Part shown: one piece after another, positions 14,487 through 28,048 of the stretch | Numbering within the stretch: position 1 is the stretch's first letter | How the letters are laid out: every line of letters begins with the position of its first letter | Source of the DNA: Chrysomallon squamiferum | Taxonomy: Eukaryota; Animalia; Mollusca | Direction of reading: 5' to 3' | Length of the DNA stretch: 64,000 bases | Assembly: GCA_012295275.1 (NCBI GenBank) | Contig: CM022667.1 | Location: forward strand, 5,146,001 to 5,210,000 | Program-made: the position numbers and the translations under genes | The notes under the pieces: generated by a model | The model's database searches: none | Seen by the model: only the letters and a program-made list of their open reading frames with translations | What the model was told of the DNA's origin: nothing

Positions 14487-15007
14487 TTACTACTTCTAGT
14501 TCTAATAATAATAATAACAATACAATAATGATGATAATAATTATATTAATAACGACAACAAGAAGAACGATTTTGGCATAATATTCTTAATATTTACAAT
14601 CAGCGTGACGTTTCGTATCTTTCATAATTTTTTTCCATCGTATCATTGTAGAGTTAAAAAAAATCCTATAATTACTGACAATCGGTGGTATTTTATATGC
14701 AGTGAATTATCTATAATCATTAAGTGTGAAGTAGTTGTTTAATGTGAATAAATAACATAAAGTAATGGTATATGTTGGGTTGCTCTCATAAAACCAAATT
14801 TTGTTGTTAATGTTAGCTAAGCAGATTAATAAACGAAAGCATTTCATGTTTAAGAGCGAAAGTAAATGTGGTTTTCATATAATTTAAATAGATATAGAAA
14901 GTAATGCGAAGAAGTTTCAAGTGCAAACGTGAAGACTTGGTCTATGCCGCTGGTTTAAGAGAATGCACAGAGAATATACGAATGAAAGTGAGTATGAGGA
15001 AACTTAC

Positions 15008-15034
15008 CAGAAATAATTTTGTTTCTTGTATGAT
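15008..15034 (-). CDS. Linker microexon L2 (DHTRNKIIS)
   Basis: AG/GT bounded, 27 nt. Confidence 0.7.
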
Positions 15035-15531
15035 CTGATAAAAAAGAAAGAATGAAAATTAAGTAGACTAATTAAAACATAAGGGAAAATAAATAAGTGA
15101 AACGTTGGAAAATCATTGACGACGATGTTTAGAATGGTAATGAAGATGATGATAATAATAATGAGATAATATATGACATTAAGAGAGACAAAATGTTTGT
15201 TCAACAATTGTACAGAAAAAGAAAGAAACAAGAAAAAACAAAACAAAAAACAAGAAACAAAAACCATAGTACTACTAATAATACTACTAATACAAATAAT
15301 AATACTACTAATACAAATAATACTAATACTAATACTAATAATGGGAATACTACTACTAATAATGGTAATACTACTAGAAATAATAATATCAATACTACTA
15401 CTACTAGTAATAATAATAATGATAACCAAATATAAGGGTTCAGACGAAAATACAATCAAATAATTTGAAAGTGTAATGATATACTTTTGTAAAATCCTAA
15501 AAATCGTTTCTGTAGCATACTATATACTCAC

Positions 15532-15868
15532 CAGGTGAATGTATAACACATGTGGGTTCACCAATACCTGGACGTGGTCCATCACTGCAGATCCATTCAC
15601 CTTCATCAACCTCTTTGTGGAAAGACAAAATAGAAATTGTTATTTTTGTGGGTGAATCTATTTGGATTCTGTAATCTGGTATTTTATCCGAAATTTCACA
15701 TGTTGTCAAGAGTGAATTACAGATTACGATCGGTACAGGAAATCCACTATTAGGACGGTAAACGTTTATTCCATGTTCTACTTTGCCAGATATTGTACAA
15801 GACAATGCTGTCATTTTTTTTTCCTTCTTCTGGGGTATCCATGCAGTTTAAATAAGTTTTTGCCCTTT
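15532..15868 (-). pseudogene. Gene A Ig-like exon with +4 homopolymer frameshift (pseudo-exon or sequencing error)
   Basis: 337 nt; T9 at 15814-15822 versus T5 in sister copies; otherwise intact. Confidence 0.7.
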
Positions 15869-16501
15869 CTGCAAAATATATTTTATAAATAATAGAAGTA
15901 TTGCTGTAGTTATTAAGAAATTATTATATTTCTAACGTGATAACATTAAATATTATGATGAAAATTAAACAGACGTATCAAGATATTCATACACATGCAC
16001 GCAAACAGAGGTTGCGGAACATTTTACTTATTTATGTCATGTTACATTATACAACACTGAGCATGTAATAACATCCTGTCACCGCCAGTATTTGGCTTGT
16101 ACGGAATTGATCCTGATAACAATCAATTCTCAAGTATACCTTCAGTATCGGTAAATCGTAAGAAATTATTGTAACGAGTTGTGGATATCTAACTAAACTC
16201 ACTTTAGGTTTAATGTGATTATAAGAAATTCAGAAAGTAGAAGAAACGTATTTCAAAAGGTAACGAAAAATGTTAGCGTCAGTATTTTACAGAATTATAG
16301 TTACGTGCCCTTGTTAAACATAGCTCATAGGAAATAAAGGATGAAAAGAAAATCACTTGAATTTTTGAAAATGATAAATAACTTTAAATATCTAATAAGA
16401 CTGATAAAGAAGGTTTAATATCATATTATTTTACCTACCTGTGTTCGTTTAGTACAATTTATGACTAATTTGCTAATACGACTGACTGTGACGAAACTTA
16501 C

Positions 16502-16528
16502 CATCGATATCAGTGTCGTCTGAAGATT
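16502..16528 (-). CDS. Linker microexon L1
   Basis: AG/GT bounded, 27 nt. Confidence 0.75.
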
Positions 16529-17217
16529 CTGAGGAAGAAATGAAACAAATATACAAATAAAGAAAGAAGAAAACTAAAATGTAATGAACTAATAAAAAAG
16601 AACACAACAAGAAGAACAACAGTAATACTACTACAACTATTACTATTACTACTACTACTGCTACTGCTACTACTACTGCTACTACTACTACTACTATTAC
16701 TACTTCTAGTTCTAATAATAATAATAACAATACAACAATGATGATAATAATTATATTAATAACGACAACAAGAAGAACGATTTTGGCATAATATTCTTAA
16801 TATTTACAATCAGCGTGACGTTTCGTATCTTTCATAATTTTTTTCCATCGTATCATTGTAGAGTTAAAAAAAATCCTATAATTACTGACAATCGGTGGTA
16901 TTTTATATACAGTGAATTATCTATAATCATTAAGTGTGAAGTAGTTGTTTAATGTGAATAAATAGCATAAAGTAATGGTATATGTTGGGTTTCTCTCATA
17001 AAACCAAATTTTGTTGTTAATGTTAGCTAAGCAGATTAATAAACGAAAGCATTTCATGTTTAAGAGCGAAAGTAAATGTGGTTTTCATATAATGTAAATA
17101 GATATAGAAAGCAATGCGAAGAAGTTTCAAGTGCAAACGTGAAGACTTGGTCTATGCCGCTGGTTTAAGAGAATGCACAGAGAATATACGAATGAAAGTG
17201 AGTATGAGGAAACTTAC

Positions 17218-17244
17218 CAGAAATAATTTTGTTTTTTGTATGAT
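17218..17244 (-). CDS. Linker microexon L2
   Basis: AG/GT bounded, 27 nt. Confidence 0.7.
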
Positions 17245-17741
17245 CTGATAAAAAAGAAAGAATGAAAATTAAGTAGACTAATTAATACATAAGGGAAAAT
17301 AAATAAGTGAAACGTTGGAAAATCATTGACGACGATGTTTATAATGGTAATGAAGATGATGATAATAATAATGAGATAATATATGACATTAAGAGAGACA
17401 AAATGTTTGTTCAACAATTATACAGAAAAAGAAAGAAACAAGAAAAAACAAAACAAAAAACAAGAAACAAAAACCATAGTACTACTAATAATACTACTAA
17501 TACAAATAATAATACTACTAATACAAATAATACTAATACTAATACTAATAATGGGAATACTACTACTAATAATGGTAATACTACTAGAAATAATAATATC
17601 AATACTACTACTACTAGTAATAATAATAATGATAACCAAATATAAGGGTTCAGACGAAAATACAATCAAATAATTTGAAAGTGTAATGATATACTTTTGT
17701 AAAATCCTAAAAATCGTTTCTGTAGGATACTATATACTCAC

Positions 17742-18074
17742 CAGGTGAATGTATAACACATGTGGGTTCACCAATACCTGGACGTGGTCCATCACTGCAG
17801 ATCCATTCACCTTCATCAACCTCTTTGTGGAAAGACAGAATAGAAATTGTTATTTTTGTGGGTGAATCTATTTGGATTCTGTAATCTGGTATATTATCCG
17901 AAATTTCACATGTTGTCAAAAGTGAATTACAGATTACGATCGGTACAGGAAATCCACTATTAGGACGGTAAACGTTTATTCCATGTTCTACTTTGCCAGA
18001 TATTGTACAAGACAATGCTGTCATTTTTCCTTCTTCTCGGTTATCCATGCAATTTATGTAAGTTTTTGCCCTTT
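17742..18074 (-). CDS. Gene A Ig-like exon (MDNR variant)
   Basis: AG/GT bounded, 333 nt, open frame. Confidence 0.85.
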
Positions 18075-18707
18075 CTGCAAAATATATTTTATAAATAATA
18101 GAAGTATTGCTGTAGTTATTAAGAAATTATAAAATTTCTCACGTGATAACATTAAATATTATGATGAAAATTAAACAGACGTATCAACATATACATAGAC
18201 ATGGACGCAAACAGATGTTGCAGAAGATTTTACTTATTTATGTAATGTTACATTATACAACACTGAGCATGTAATAACATCCTGTCACCGCCAGTATTTG
18301 GCTTGTACGGAATTGATCCTGATAACAATCAATTCTCAAGTATACCTTCAGTATCGGTAAATCGTAAGAAATTATTGTAACGAGTTGTGTTTATCTAATT
18401 AAACTCACTTTAGGTTTAATGTGATTATAAGAAATTCAGAAAGTAATAGGAACGTATTTGACAAGGAAACGAAAAATGTTAGCGTCAGTATTTTACAGAA
18501 TTACAGTTACGTGCTCTTGGTAAACATAGCTCATGGAAAATAAAGGATGAAAAGAAAATCACTTGAAAGTTTGAAAATGATAAATAACTTTAAATACCTA
18601 ATAAGACTGATAAAGAAGGTTTAATATCATATTATTTTACCTACCTGTGTTCGTTTAGTACAATTTATGACTAATTTGCTAATACGACTGACTGTGACGA
18701 AACTTAC

Positions 18708-18734
18708 CATCGATATCAGTGTCGTCTGAAGATT
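18708..18734 (-). CDS. Linker microexon L1
   Basis: AG/GT bounded, 27 nt. Confidence 0.75.
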
Positions 18735-19411
18735 CTGAGGAAGAAATGAAACAAATATACAAATAAAGAAAGAAAAAAACTAAAATGTAATGAACTAATA
18801 AAAAAGAACACAACAAGAATAACAACAGTAATACTACTACAACTATTACTATTACTACTACTACTGCTACTACTACTACTACTACTACTATTACTACTTC
18901 TAGTTCTAATAATAATAATAACAATACAATAATGATGATAATAATTATATTAATAACGAGAACAAGAAGAACGATTTTGGCATAATATTCTTAATATTTA
19001 CAATCAGCGTGACGTTTCGTATCTTTCATAATTTTTTTCCATCGTATCATTGTAGAGTTAATAAAAATCCTATAATTACTGACAATCGGTGGTATTTTAT
19101 ATGCAGTGAATTATCTATAATCATTAAGTGTGAAGTAGTTGTTTAATGTGAATAAATAGCATAAAGTAATGGTATATGTTGGGTTTCTCTCATAAAACCA
19201 AATTTTGTTGTTAATGTTAGTTAAGCAGATTAATAAACGAAAGCATTTCATATTTAAGAGCGAAAGTAAATGTGGTTTTCATTTAATGTAAATATATATA
19301 GAAAGCAATGCGAAGAAGTTTCAAGTGCAAACGTGAAGACTTGGTCTATGCCGCTGGTTTAAGAGAATGCACAGAGAATATACGAATGAAAGTGAGTATG
19401 CGGAAACTTAC

Positions 19412-19438
19412 CAGAAATAATTTTGTTTTTTGTATGAT
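19412..19438 (-). CDS. Linker microexon L2
   Basis: AG/GT bounded, 27 nt. Confidence 0.7.
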
Positions 19439-19934
19439 CTGATAAAAAAGAAAGAAAGAAAACGAAGTAGAATAATTAATACATAAGGGAAAATAAATAA
19501 GTGAAACGTTGGAAAAACATTGACGACGATGTTTAGAATGGTAATGAAGATGATGATAATAATAATGAGATAATATATGACATTAAGAGTGACAAAATGT
19601 TTGTTCAACAATTATACAGAAAAAGAAAGAAACAAGAAAAAACAAAACAAAAAACAAGAAACAAAAACCATAGTACTACTAATAATACTACTAATACAAA
19701 TAATAATACTATTAATACAAATAATAACACTACTACTACTAATAATGGGAATACTACTACTAATAATCGTAATATACTTTAAATAATAATATCAATACTA
19801 CTACTACTAGTAATAATAATAATGATAACAAAATATAAGGGTTCAGACGAAAATACAATCAAATAATTTGAAAGTGTAATGATATACTTTTGTAAAATCC
19901 TAAAAATCGTTTCTGTAGCATACTATATACTCAC

Positions 19935-20267
19935 CAGGTGAATGTATAAGACATGTGGGTTCACCAATACCTGGACGTGGTCCATCACTGCAGATCCATT
20001 CACCTTCATCAACCTCTTTGTGGAAAGACAAAATAAAAATTGTTAATTTTGTGGATGAATCTCTTTGGATTCTGTAATCCGGTCTATTATCCGAAAATTG
20101 ACATGTTGTCAAGAGTGAAAAACAGGTTAGGATCGGTACAGGAGATCCACTATTAGGCTGGTAAACGATTATTCCATGTTCTGTTTCGGCAGATATTGTA
20201 CAAGACAATGATGTCATTTTTCCTTCTTCTGGGTTATCCATGCATTTTAAATAAGTTTTTACCCTAT
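19935..20267 (-). CDS. Gene A Ig-like exon (SAETEH variant)
   Basis: AG/GT bounded, 333 nt, open frame. Confidence 0.85.
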
Positions 20268-21358
20268 CTGCAAAATATATTTTATAAATAACAGAAGTAT
20301 TGCTGTAGTTATTAAGAAACTGTTATATTTCTAACGTGATAACATTAAATATTATGATGAAAATTAAACAGACGTATCAACATATACATAGACATGGACG
20401 CAAACAGATGTTGCAGAAGATTTTACTTATTTATGTAATGTTACATTATACAACACTGAGCATGTAATAACATCCTGTCACCGCCAGTATTTGACTTGTA
20501 CGGAATTGATCCTGATAACAATCAATTCTCAAGTATACCTTCAGTATCGGTAAATCGTAAGAAATTATTGTAACGAGTTGTGGATATCTAACTAAACTCA
20601 CTTTAGGTTTAATGTGATTATAAGAAATTCAGAAAGTAACAGAAACGTATTTCAAAAGGTAACGAAAAATGTTAGCGTCAGTATTTTACAGAATTACAGT
20701 TACGTGCTCTTGTTAAACATAGCTCATGGAAAATAAAGGATGAAAAAAAAAAATTACTTGAAAGTTTGAAAATGATAAATAACTTTAAATATCTAATATG
20801 ACTGATACAGAAGGTTTAATATCATATTATTTTACCTATTTGTGTTCGTTTAGTACAATTTATGACTAATTTGCTCAGAAAGAAAATAAAGTAGAATAAT
20901 TAATACATAAGGGAAAATAAATAAGTGAAACGTTGGAAAAACATTGACGACGATGTTTAGAATGGTAATGAAGATGATGATAATAATAATGAGATAATAT
21001 ATGACATTAAGAGAGACAAAATGTTTGTTCAACAATCATACAGAAAAAGAAAGAAACAAGAAAAAACAAAACAAAAAACAAGAAACAAAAACCATAGTAC
21101 TACTAATAATACTACTAATACAAATAATAATACTATTAATACAAATAATAACACTACTACTACTAATAATGGGAATACTACTACTAATAATCGTAATATA
21201 CTTTAAATAATAATATCAAGACTACTACTACTAGTAATAATAATAATGATAACAAAATATAAGGGTTCAGACGAAAATACAATCAAATAATTTGAAAGTG
21301 TAATGATATACTTTTGTAAAATCCTAAAAATCGTTTCTGTAGGATACTATATACTCAC

Positions 21359-21691
21359 CAGGTGAATGTATAACACATGTGGGTTCACCAATACCTGGAC
21401 GTGGTCCATCACTGCAGATCCATTCACCTTCATCAACCTCTTTGTGGAAGGACAAAATAAAAATTGTTAATTTTGTGGATGAATCTCTTTGGATTCTGTA
21501 ATCCGGTCTATTATCCGAAAATTGACATGTTGTCAAGAGTGAAAAACAGGTTAGGATCGGTACAGGAGATCCACTATTAGGTTGGTAAACGATTATTCCA
21601 TGTTCTGTTTCGGCAGATATTGTACAAGACAATGATGTCATTTTTCCTTCTTCTGGGTTATCCATGCATTTTAAATAAGTTTTTACCCTAT
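21359..21691 (-). CDS. Gene A Ig-like exon (SAETEH variant)
   Basis: AG/GT bounded, 333 nt, open frame. Confidence 0.85.
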
Positions 21692-22324
21692 CTGCAAAAT
21701 ATATTTTATAAATAACAGAAGTATTGCTGTAGTTATTAAGAAACTGTTATATTTCTAACGTGATAACATTAAATATTATGATGAAAATTAAACAGACGTA
21801 TCAACATATACATAGACATGGACGCAAACAGATGTTGCAGAAGATTTTACTTATTTATGTAATGTTACATTATACAACACTGAGCATGTAATAACATCCT
21901 GTCACCGCCAGTATTTGACTTGTACGGAATTGATCCTGATAACAATCAATTCTCAAGTATACCTTCAGTATCGGTAAATCGTAAGAAATTATTGTAACGA
22001 GTTGTGGATATCTAACTAAACTCACTTTAGGTTTAATGTGATTATAAGAAATTCAGAAAGTAACAGAAACGTATTTCAAAAGGTAACGAAAAATGTTAGC
22101 GTCAGTATTTTACAGAATTACAGTTACGTGCTCTTGTTAAACATAGCTCATGGAAAATAAAGGATGAAAAAAAAATTACTTGAAAGTTTGAAAATGATAA
22201 ATAACTTTAAATATCTAATAAGACTGATACAGAAGGTTTAATATCATATTATTTTACCTATTTGTGTTCGTTTAGTACAATTTATGACTAATTTGCTAAT
22301 ACGACTGACTGTGACGAAACTTAC

Positions 22325-22351
22325 CATCGATATGAGTGTTGTCTGAAGATT
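22325..22351 (-). CDS. Linker microexon L1 (ESSDNTHID)
   Basis: AG/GT bounded, 27 nt. Confidence 0.7.
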
Positions 22352-22878
22352 CTGAGGAAATAGAACAAATATACAACTATTGAAAGGAGAAAAGTAACAT
22401 GTAATGAATTAATAATAATCAATAGAACAGCTGCAAGAGTAATAATAATAATAATAATAATAATAAATTACTATTACTACTACTAGTTCTACGATTACTA
22501 CCACTACGACTACTACTAGTACCACTACTACTTCTATTAATAATAATAATAACAAGGACCGGTTCGAGAAAATATTCTGAATATTTACAAGGAATGTAAC
22601 GTTACGTATTTTTCATTTGTTTTCATTTGTTTTCATTGGAATGCGTTCGGTTTCTCTCATATTATCAAATTTTGTTGTTAATGTTTGTTAAGAAGATTGA
22701 TAAACAAAAACATTTCATATTTAACAGCAAAAGTAAATGTGGTTTTCATATAATGTAAATAGATATAGAAAGTAATGCGAAGAAGTTTCAAGTGCAAACG
22801 TGAAGACTTGGTCTATGCCGCTGGTTTAAGAGAATGCACAGAGAATATACGAATGAAAGTGAGTATGAGGAAACTTAC

Positions 22879-22905
22879 CAGCAACAATTTTGTTTTTTGT
22901 TTGAT
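22879..22905 (-). CDS. Linker microexon L2 (DQTKNKIVA)
   Basis: AG/GT bounded, 27 nt. Confidence 0.7.
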
Positions 22906-24248
22906 CTGATAAAAAAGAAAGAAAGAAAACAAAGTAAAATAATTAATAACAATTACATAATGGAAAATAAATAATTAAAACGTTCGAAAAACACTGACAA
23001 GAATGATTATAATGATAATGGAGATAATGATGATAAAAATAATGAAATAATATATAACATTAAGAGAGATAAAATATTTTTCAACAACAATAATAATAAT
23101 AATAATAAAAACAGACAAACAATTAAACAGCTAGAAGAAGAAAAAAAATATAATAAATAAATAAAAACTAAAAATATAAAAAATAAAAAGGGAAAGAACA
23201 AATTCAACTTTAAGAGGATTGGGAAAGGATGTTTCGTGTCTAGTATTTATTAACATAAGTTGTTTATATTGTAATTAAAATGTAATAACATCTGGTCACC
23301 GTCAGTATTTGTTGTACTGAATTAATCGTAATAACAATAAATTATCAATTATATACACAGGATCGATAAATCGTAAGAAATTATTGTCATGAGTCGTGTT
23401 TATCTAATTAAACTCAGTTTAGATTTTATGTGATTAGAAGGAATTCAGAAAGTAATAGGAATGTATTTCATTAGCAAACGAAGAGATTTTAGCCTCAGTA
23501 TTTTAGAGAACCAAAAAAGTCAGACAGCATTTCAAAGCTAGGAACTGCAGTGATCTTCTGCAAATGAGTTTTACTATAATACTGCATATCATGCGTGGTT
23601 ACGACATACCTTTAATACACAATATTGCTAACAGCAGAACTGGAGCTGTTGCATAAAGATAGCGTAGGCTAACGACGTTAAAGTCGATTCCTTCCAAATC
23701 ATGAACCTTTCTTTTGTCAAAAACATATTAACGATATCATCATAGGCAACAACAGCTTCGTGAATATGGCCCAAATGGAAACAAATCCAGATGACCAGTG
23801 AAATACCCTATTGCCATGTAATTAAATCGACCATATAGAAAAATATGTACGTCTTTGAATTAGTTTTCTTTAGAACTAGAGATGAAACGACTGTGTACCG
23901 TCACAACAACAATATGTATTAGCTTGTTTGTTTCTTTATTTAATAGAAATTATTACACATAGCCAGAAACTAAGAGCTCGGTAATCATGTTTCGTAAAAT
24001 TTTAAATAGTACTGATAATACTACTACTACTACTAATTATAATAATAATAACAATAATACTAAAAATATTAATATTAATAATAATAATAAAATTAATAAT
24101 AATAAAATTAATAATACCAAGAATAATAATACTAAAAATAATAAAAATATAAAGATACAGAACCAAATACAATCAAATAACGTGTACGTTTAAAGATGTA
24201 CTTTTGTTAAATCCTAATAATCGTATTTGTAGCATATCATATACTCAC

Positions 24249-24581
24249 CACGTATATGTTTAACACATGTAGGTTCACCAATACCTGGACGTGGTCCATC
24301 ACTGCAGATCCATTGACCTTCATCAAGCTCTCTTTTGAAAGTCAAAACAGAAATGAATAGTTCTGTGGGTGAATCTATTAGAAAACTGAAACCTTGTTTA
24401 TTATCCACAGTTTCACATTTTGTCATGAGTGAATTACAGGTTATGACCACTGTAGGAAATCCACCATTAGGACGGTAAACGTTTATTCCATGTTCTACTT
24501 TGCCAGATATTGTACAATACAATGCTGTCGATTTTCCTTCTTCCGGGGTATCCATGCAATTTAAATAAGTTTCGGCCCTTT
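24249..24581 (-). CDS. Gene A first (N-terminal) Ig-like exon
   Basis: AG/GT bounded, 333 nt; closest in sequence to the gene B array domain (KCExVDxKQ, FKxELDEG). Confidence 0.85.
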
Positions 24582-25234
24582 CTGCAAAATATATTTATAT
24601 GTTTGTTCAAAGAAAAATAAAAGTACTGCTATAGCTATTAAGAAATTATTATATTTCAAACGTACTACTAACATTAAAGATTAGGATGAAGATTAAACAC
24701 ACGTATTGACGTATACAGACACGCACTCGCACAAACAAACAGAGGTTGCAGAACTCATTACTTATTTAGATAATGTTACGTTATGCTGTAATAATCTTGT
24801 AATAACATCCTGTCACCTCCATATTTGTCTTGTACTGAATTATTCCTAATAAGAATCAATTCTCAAGTATACCTTCAGTATCGGTAAATCGTAAGAAATT
24901 ATTGTAATGAGTTGTGTTTATCTAATTAAACTCACTTGAGTTTTTATGTGATTATAAGGAATTTAGAAAGTTATAGGAACGTATTTCAGAAGGAAACGAA
25001 AAGTAGGTAGTCTCAGTATTTTACAGAATTATAGTTACGAGCTCTTGTTAAACATAATACATAGAAATAAAGGATGAAAAGAAAATCACTTAAAGGTTTG
25101 AAAATGATAAACAACTTTAAATACCTAATAAGACTGATAAAGAAGGTTTAATATCATATTATTTTACCTACCTGTGTTCGTTTAGTACAATTTATGACTA
25201 ATTTGCTAATACGACTGACTGTGACGAAACTTAC

Positions 25235-25261
25235 CATCGATATCAGTGTCGTCTGAAGATT
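25235..25261 (-). CDS. Linker microexon L1
   Basis: AG/GT bounded, 27 nt. Confidence 0.75.
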
Positions 25262-25821
25262 CTGAGGTAGAAATAAAAAAATATACAAATAAAGAAGGTG
25301 TAATGAATTAATAATAATGAATACAACAACAACAACAACAACAATACTACTATTACTACTACTTCTACTACTACTACTACTACTACTACTAATAATAATA
25401 ATGATAACAATAACAGCAACAACAAGAAGAACAATTTCGACAAAATATTATGAATATTTACAAGGAACGTGACGTTTCGCATTTTTCACTATTTCTTTCC
25501 CATCGTATCATTGTACACTTAAAAAAAATCCTATAATTACTGACAGTCGGTGGTATTTTATATGCAGTGAATTATCTATAATAATTAAGTGTGAAGTAGT
25601 TGTTTAATGTGAATACATAGCAGAAACTAATGGAATGCTTTGGGTTTCTCTTATAAAATAAAATTTTATTGTTAATATTATAATAAGCAGATTAATAAAC
25701 GAAAGCATTTGATGTTTTTAACAGCAAAAATAAATTTCGTCTTGATGATTTTATCTACTGGGACTCGTTTAATAGAATGTACAGTGAATATACGAATGGA
25801 AGTGAGTATGAGGAAACTTAC

Positions 25822-25848
25822 CTGCCACAACACTGTTTTTTGTATTAT
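25822..25848 (-). CDS. L2-like microexon (xNTKNSVVA)
   Basis: Poly-T cag|, |gtaagt, 27 nt; paralog at 53783-53809. Confidence 0.7.
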
Positions 25849-25852
25849 CTGA

Positions 25853-25885
<33 letters not shown>

Positions 25886-27403
25886 AATTAAAAATAAGAA
25901 CCACCATTAATAAGAATTAAATAGAGGAAAATAATTAATTAGAAGATTTGAAAACCCTTTACGACGATGATTATAATGATAATAGAGATAATGCTGATGA
26001 TAATAATAATGAAATAATATATGACATTAAGAGAGATAAAATGTTTTTTCAACAAAGAAAATGGAAAGAAGAAAAGACAATGTGATGTGAAAGAATTTCA
26101 AGTGTAAAAGTGAACATTTTGTTTAGTTGCGTTCGTTAAATTCTTTTGGAGAAATGATTTTCAGTATGATGAAATTTAATAGTATCTTCCTCTATATTTT
26201 CTTACTTAAGACGAAGAATAAAAACAAAAACGACATAAAATAAAATATAATAAATCGAAGTATAAAAAAACATATTAAAATGTTTCCAGAAACATTAATA
26301 ATAACACTGAAGAAAATAATGAAAGTAGAGTGAAATAAGGATGAAGAGAAATTAAACTAACAATGTAGTATTCGGTAAGTACAATTAATACAAATGAATA
26401 TTAAATAGGAAACTGCAGTAAAATAAATTAATAATTAATAAGACAACAACAACAACGACATTAACATTATGGAGAATGAAGGTTGCCTTTCACGTTTTTC
26501 ATTATTCTGTTTCTATTCTTTCTTTTTTTCCCGTGGTATTTATGATAATTAACTGTGAACTATAAGTTTAGTGTCGAGAAGTAACCGAAATTTTTGGAAC
26601 GTGTAATGTTTCTCTAATAAAAGTAAATTTTAAATTTATGATTATTAAATAAATTTAGAATGTAATTCGAACGAACTTCAGAAGAAAACGTCAAGGTTTT
26701 AGTTACTGGCGCTCATTAAATAGAATTTACAGAAAAAGTACTAATGATAGTCACTATGATGAAAATTACCATTACTATCATCGTAAAAAGAAAGTTTGTT
26801 TAAATGCAGTTCAAATAAGTTTAGAAAGCTATAATGAAAGAATTTCAAGTGTAAACGTCAAGATTTTATCTTAGCGTTCGCTAAAAACTTTTAGAGAAAT
26901 GATATGATGAAATTTGCTAATATCTTCTTCTATATTTTCTCACGAAAGAAGAAATAATAATTAAAAAATAATCATAATAAGAAAAATTAACAACAAATGA
27001 AGCACAAAAACAATATAATGTTTCGATAAACGTTAATAATAACATTGAAGAAAATACTGAATATACATTAAAATAAAGATGAAGAGAAATTAAATTAATA
27101 ATATAGAAATACAAAATAATTAAACTGAAATTTCTACGAAAAGATTACATTGGCAGCAGCACAATTTGATCTGCTTGTGTTCCTTAAGTACAATCTACTA
27201 GACAACGTAACCAAACCGCATATCTATATATCTAGGTAAAAACATTAACGCTTTATAAGAAAAAAAAAATAATTAAATCAATGTAAAAAAATAGAAAGAA
27301 AGATAAAAATAAGGAATAACAAAAAAGAAAAAAAAAAAGAGCAAAGATAAAAGAATGTAATAAATAATAAATAAAAACACAAAATAAAACAGAAACAAAA
27401 TAT

Positions 27404-27475
27404 TTGGCACGCTTACACAAACGCCCACGCACAGACAGCGGTACGATCTCTGTCTACTGGGAAATTCTGCACAAA

Positions 27476-27511
<36 letters not shown>

Positions 27512-27588
27512 AACTACTACCACTACCACTACTACTACTACTACTACCACTACTATTACCACTACTACCGTTACTACTACTACTACTA

Positions 27589-27639
<51 letters not shown>

Positions 27640-27640
27640 A
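27404..27640 (+). mobile_element. Possible truncated retroposon end with (TAC)n tail
   Basis: ~70 bp GC-richer sequence running straight into a ~160 bp (TAC)n tract; absent at the paralogous site near 55890; family not recognised. Confidence 0.3.
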
Positions 27641-28048
27641 GAAGAAGAAGAAGAAGAAGAATAATATTAACAAAAATGAATAAATATTAAAATTAAAAAC
27701 AAATTAAATTAAATTCATACCAGTTATTGAAAACTGACTACTACTACTACTACTACTACTAATAATAATAAAATATATATATATTTTTTTAAAACGCTTC
27801 CCGAAAGTCATCGGCTCTGTTTCAACAGAATAGCAAGGGAACTAAACTCATAGATTAAGCAGCCATGAAAAAGTAAAATATCCAAACGCCAAAACCAAAA
27901 TAAAACTGAACTTCATTTTTCCATGTATATTTATATAAATTTGTGAGCATTATTGTTTTCACTTCGTGTACTTAGCGAAATTCGAATAATATTATTACGT
28001 CAAGTGCTTGGAAAGCGCAACCTATGTCAGGTAATAAAACCCGTCCAA

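Larger units (their letters stand above)
3600..25900. repeat. Tandem array of ~2.2 kb Ig-exon + two-microexon modules (10 Ig exons, gene A)
   Basis: Ig acceptor positions 4878, 7052, 9228, 11440, 13656, 15868, 18074, 20267, 21691, 24581; intron sequence visibly near-identical between units. Confidence 0.95.
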
